Assembly: GCA_000165345.1 (NCBI GenBank)
Contig: CM000436.1
Coordinates: forward strand, 320,001-384,000
DNA: 64,000 nt
Direction: 5' to 3'
Made by a program: the position numbers and the translations under genes. The notes under the pieces were generated by a model. The model saw only the letters and a list, made by a program, of their open reading frames with translations, had not been told where the DNA came from and searched no databases. Every line of letters starts with the position of its first letter. Position 1 is the first letter of the stretch. Of the stretch, positions 63,778 to 64,000 are shown one piece after another.

Positions 63778-64000
63778 TTACTTTTTTTTCTTTTTCTTGT
63801 TTAATTTATTTATAATAACTCCTAGTGTAATTAATCCAATAATATTAATAACAGTAATAATCAAAAGAATCCCGAATTCAATTATAGTAGGAAACATACC
63901 AAATTTATTGTTTTGTCTTATACATAACTGTCTTATTGATAATAAATCAGCATTTGAAAGACTTAATGGAGAAGTATTTTTTGGCAGAACCCATATATAT
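63778..64000 (-). CDS. Partial ORF running off the window end, encoding a C-terminal transmembrane helix plus a poly-Lys tail (tail-anchored-protein-like).
   Basis: The minus-strand frame is open from 64000 down to the stop at 63780-63778. The terminal translation is ...FPTIIEFGILLIITVINIIGLITLGVIINKLNKKKKKK*. Only the 3' end is visible. Confidence 0.25.
   Translation of the reverse strand, partial: YIWVLPKNTSPLSLSNADLLSIRQLCIRQNNKFGMFPTIIEFGILLIITVINIIGLITLGVIINKLNKKKKKK

Overview
The window is AT-rich (about 30% GC), gene-dense eukaryotic nuclear DNA. Roughly 20 protein-coding genes sit on both strands, almost all as single long ORFs, with very short introns where any occur. Intergenic regions are short (13 to 900 bp). 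Codon usage, low-complexity Asn/Gln/Thr insertions in conserved proteins, a Thr-rich mucin gene, and the intergenic motif set all fit an apicomplexan of the Cryptosporidium type; no database search was possible, so this is an inference. Recurrent intergenic motifs are E2F-like TTTGGCGCC(AAA) / GGCGGGAA, the GCATGC 'G-box', an ACCGGTA palindrome, CACGTAATTA and TGTGGGGAAAT.

Genes recognised from protein motifs:
- HECT E3 ligase, possibly 5'-partial.
- ADP/ATP carrier with the RRRMMM signature.
- A mucin-like glycoprotein with a 33-nt tandem repeat, an alpha/beta-hydrolase-like domain and a probable upstream exon.
- Tousled-like kinase (HYDLKPGN).
- DNA polymerase epsilon catalytic subunit with internal 18-nt repeat insertions.
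- Sec24.
- Clathrin heavy chain.
- Centrin.
- LMBR1-like membrane protein.
- SMC5, with a 53-nt intron directly supported by the sequence.
- Smr-domain protein.
- Calpain-like protease.
- A giant polyQ-rich Med14-like protein.
- SPO11 / TopoVI-A.
- SLC35-type nucleotide-sugar transporter.
- Several hypothetical proteins.

No rRNA, tRNA, CRISPR or transposon was recognised, and nothing prokaryotic is present.

The most interesting observations:
- A composite promoter motif lexicon.
- Promoter-like motif clusters sitting in 3'-3' intergenic regions, which suggests unannotated antisense or non-coding transcription.
- Three probable introns, in SMC5, the mucin gene and the LMBR1-like gene.
- E2F sites concentrated in front of replication and chromosome-maintenance genes.
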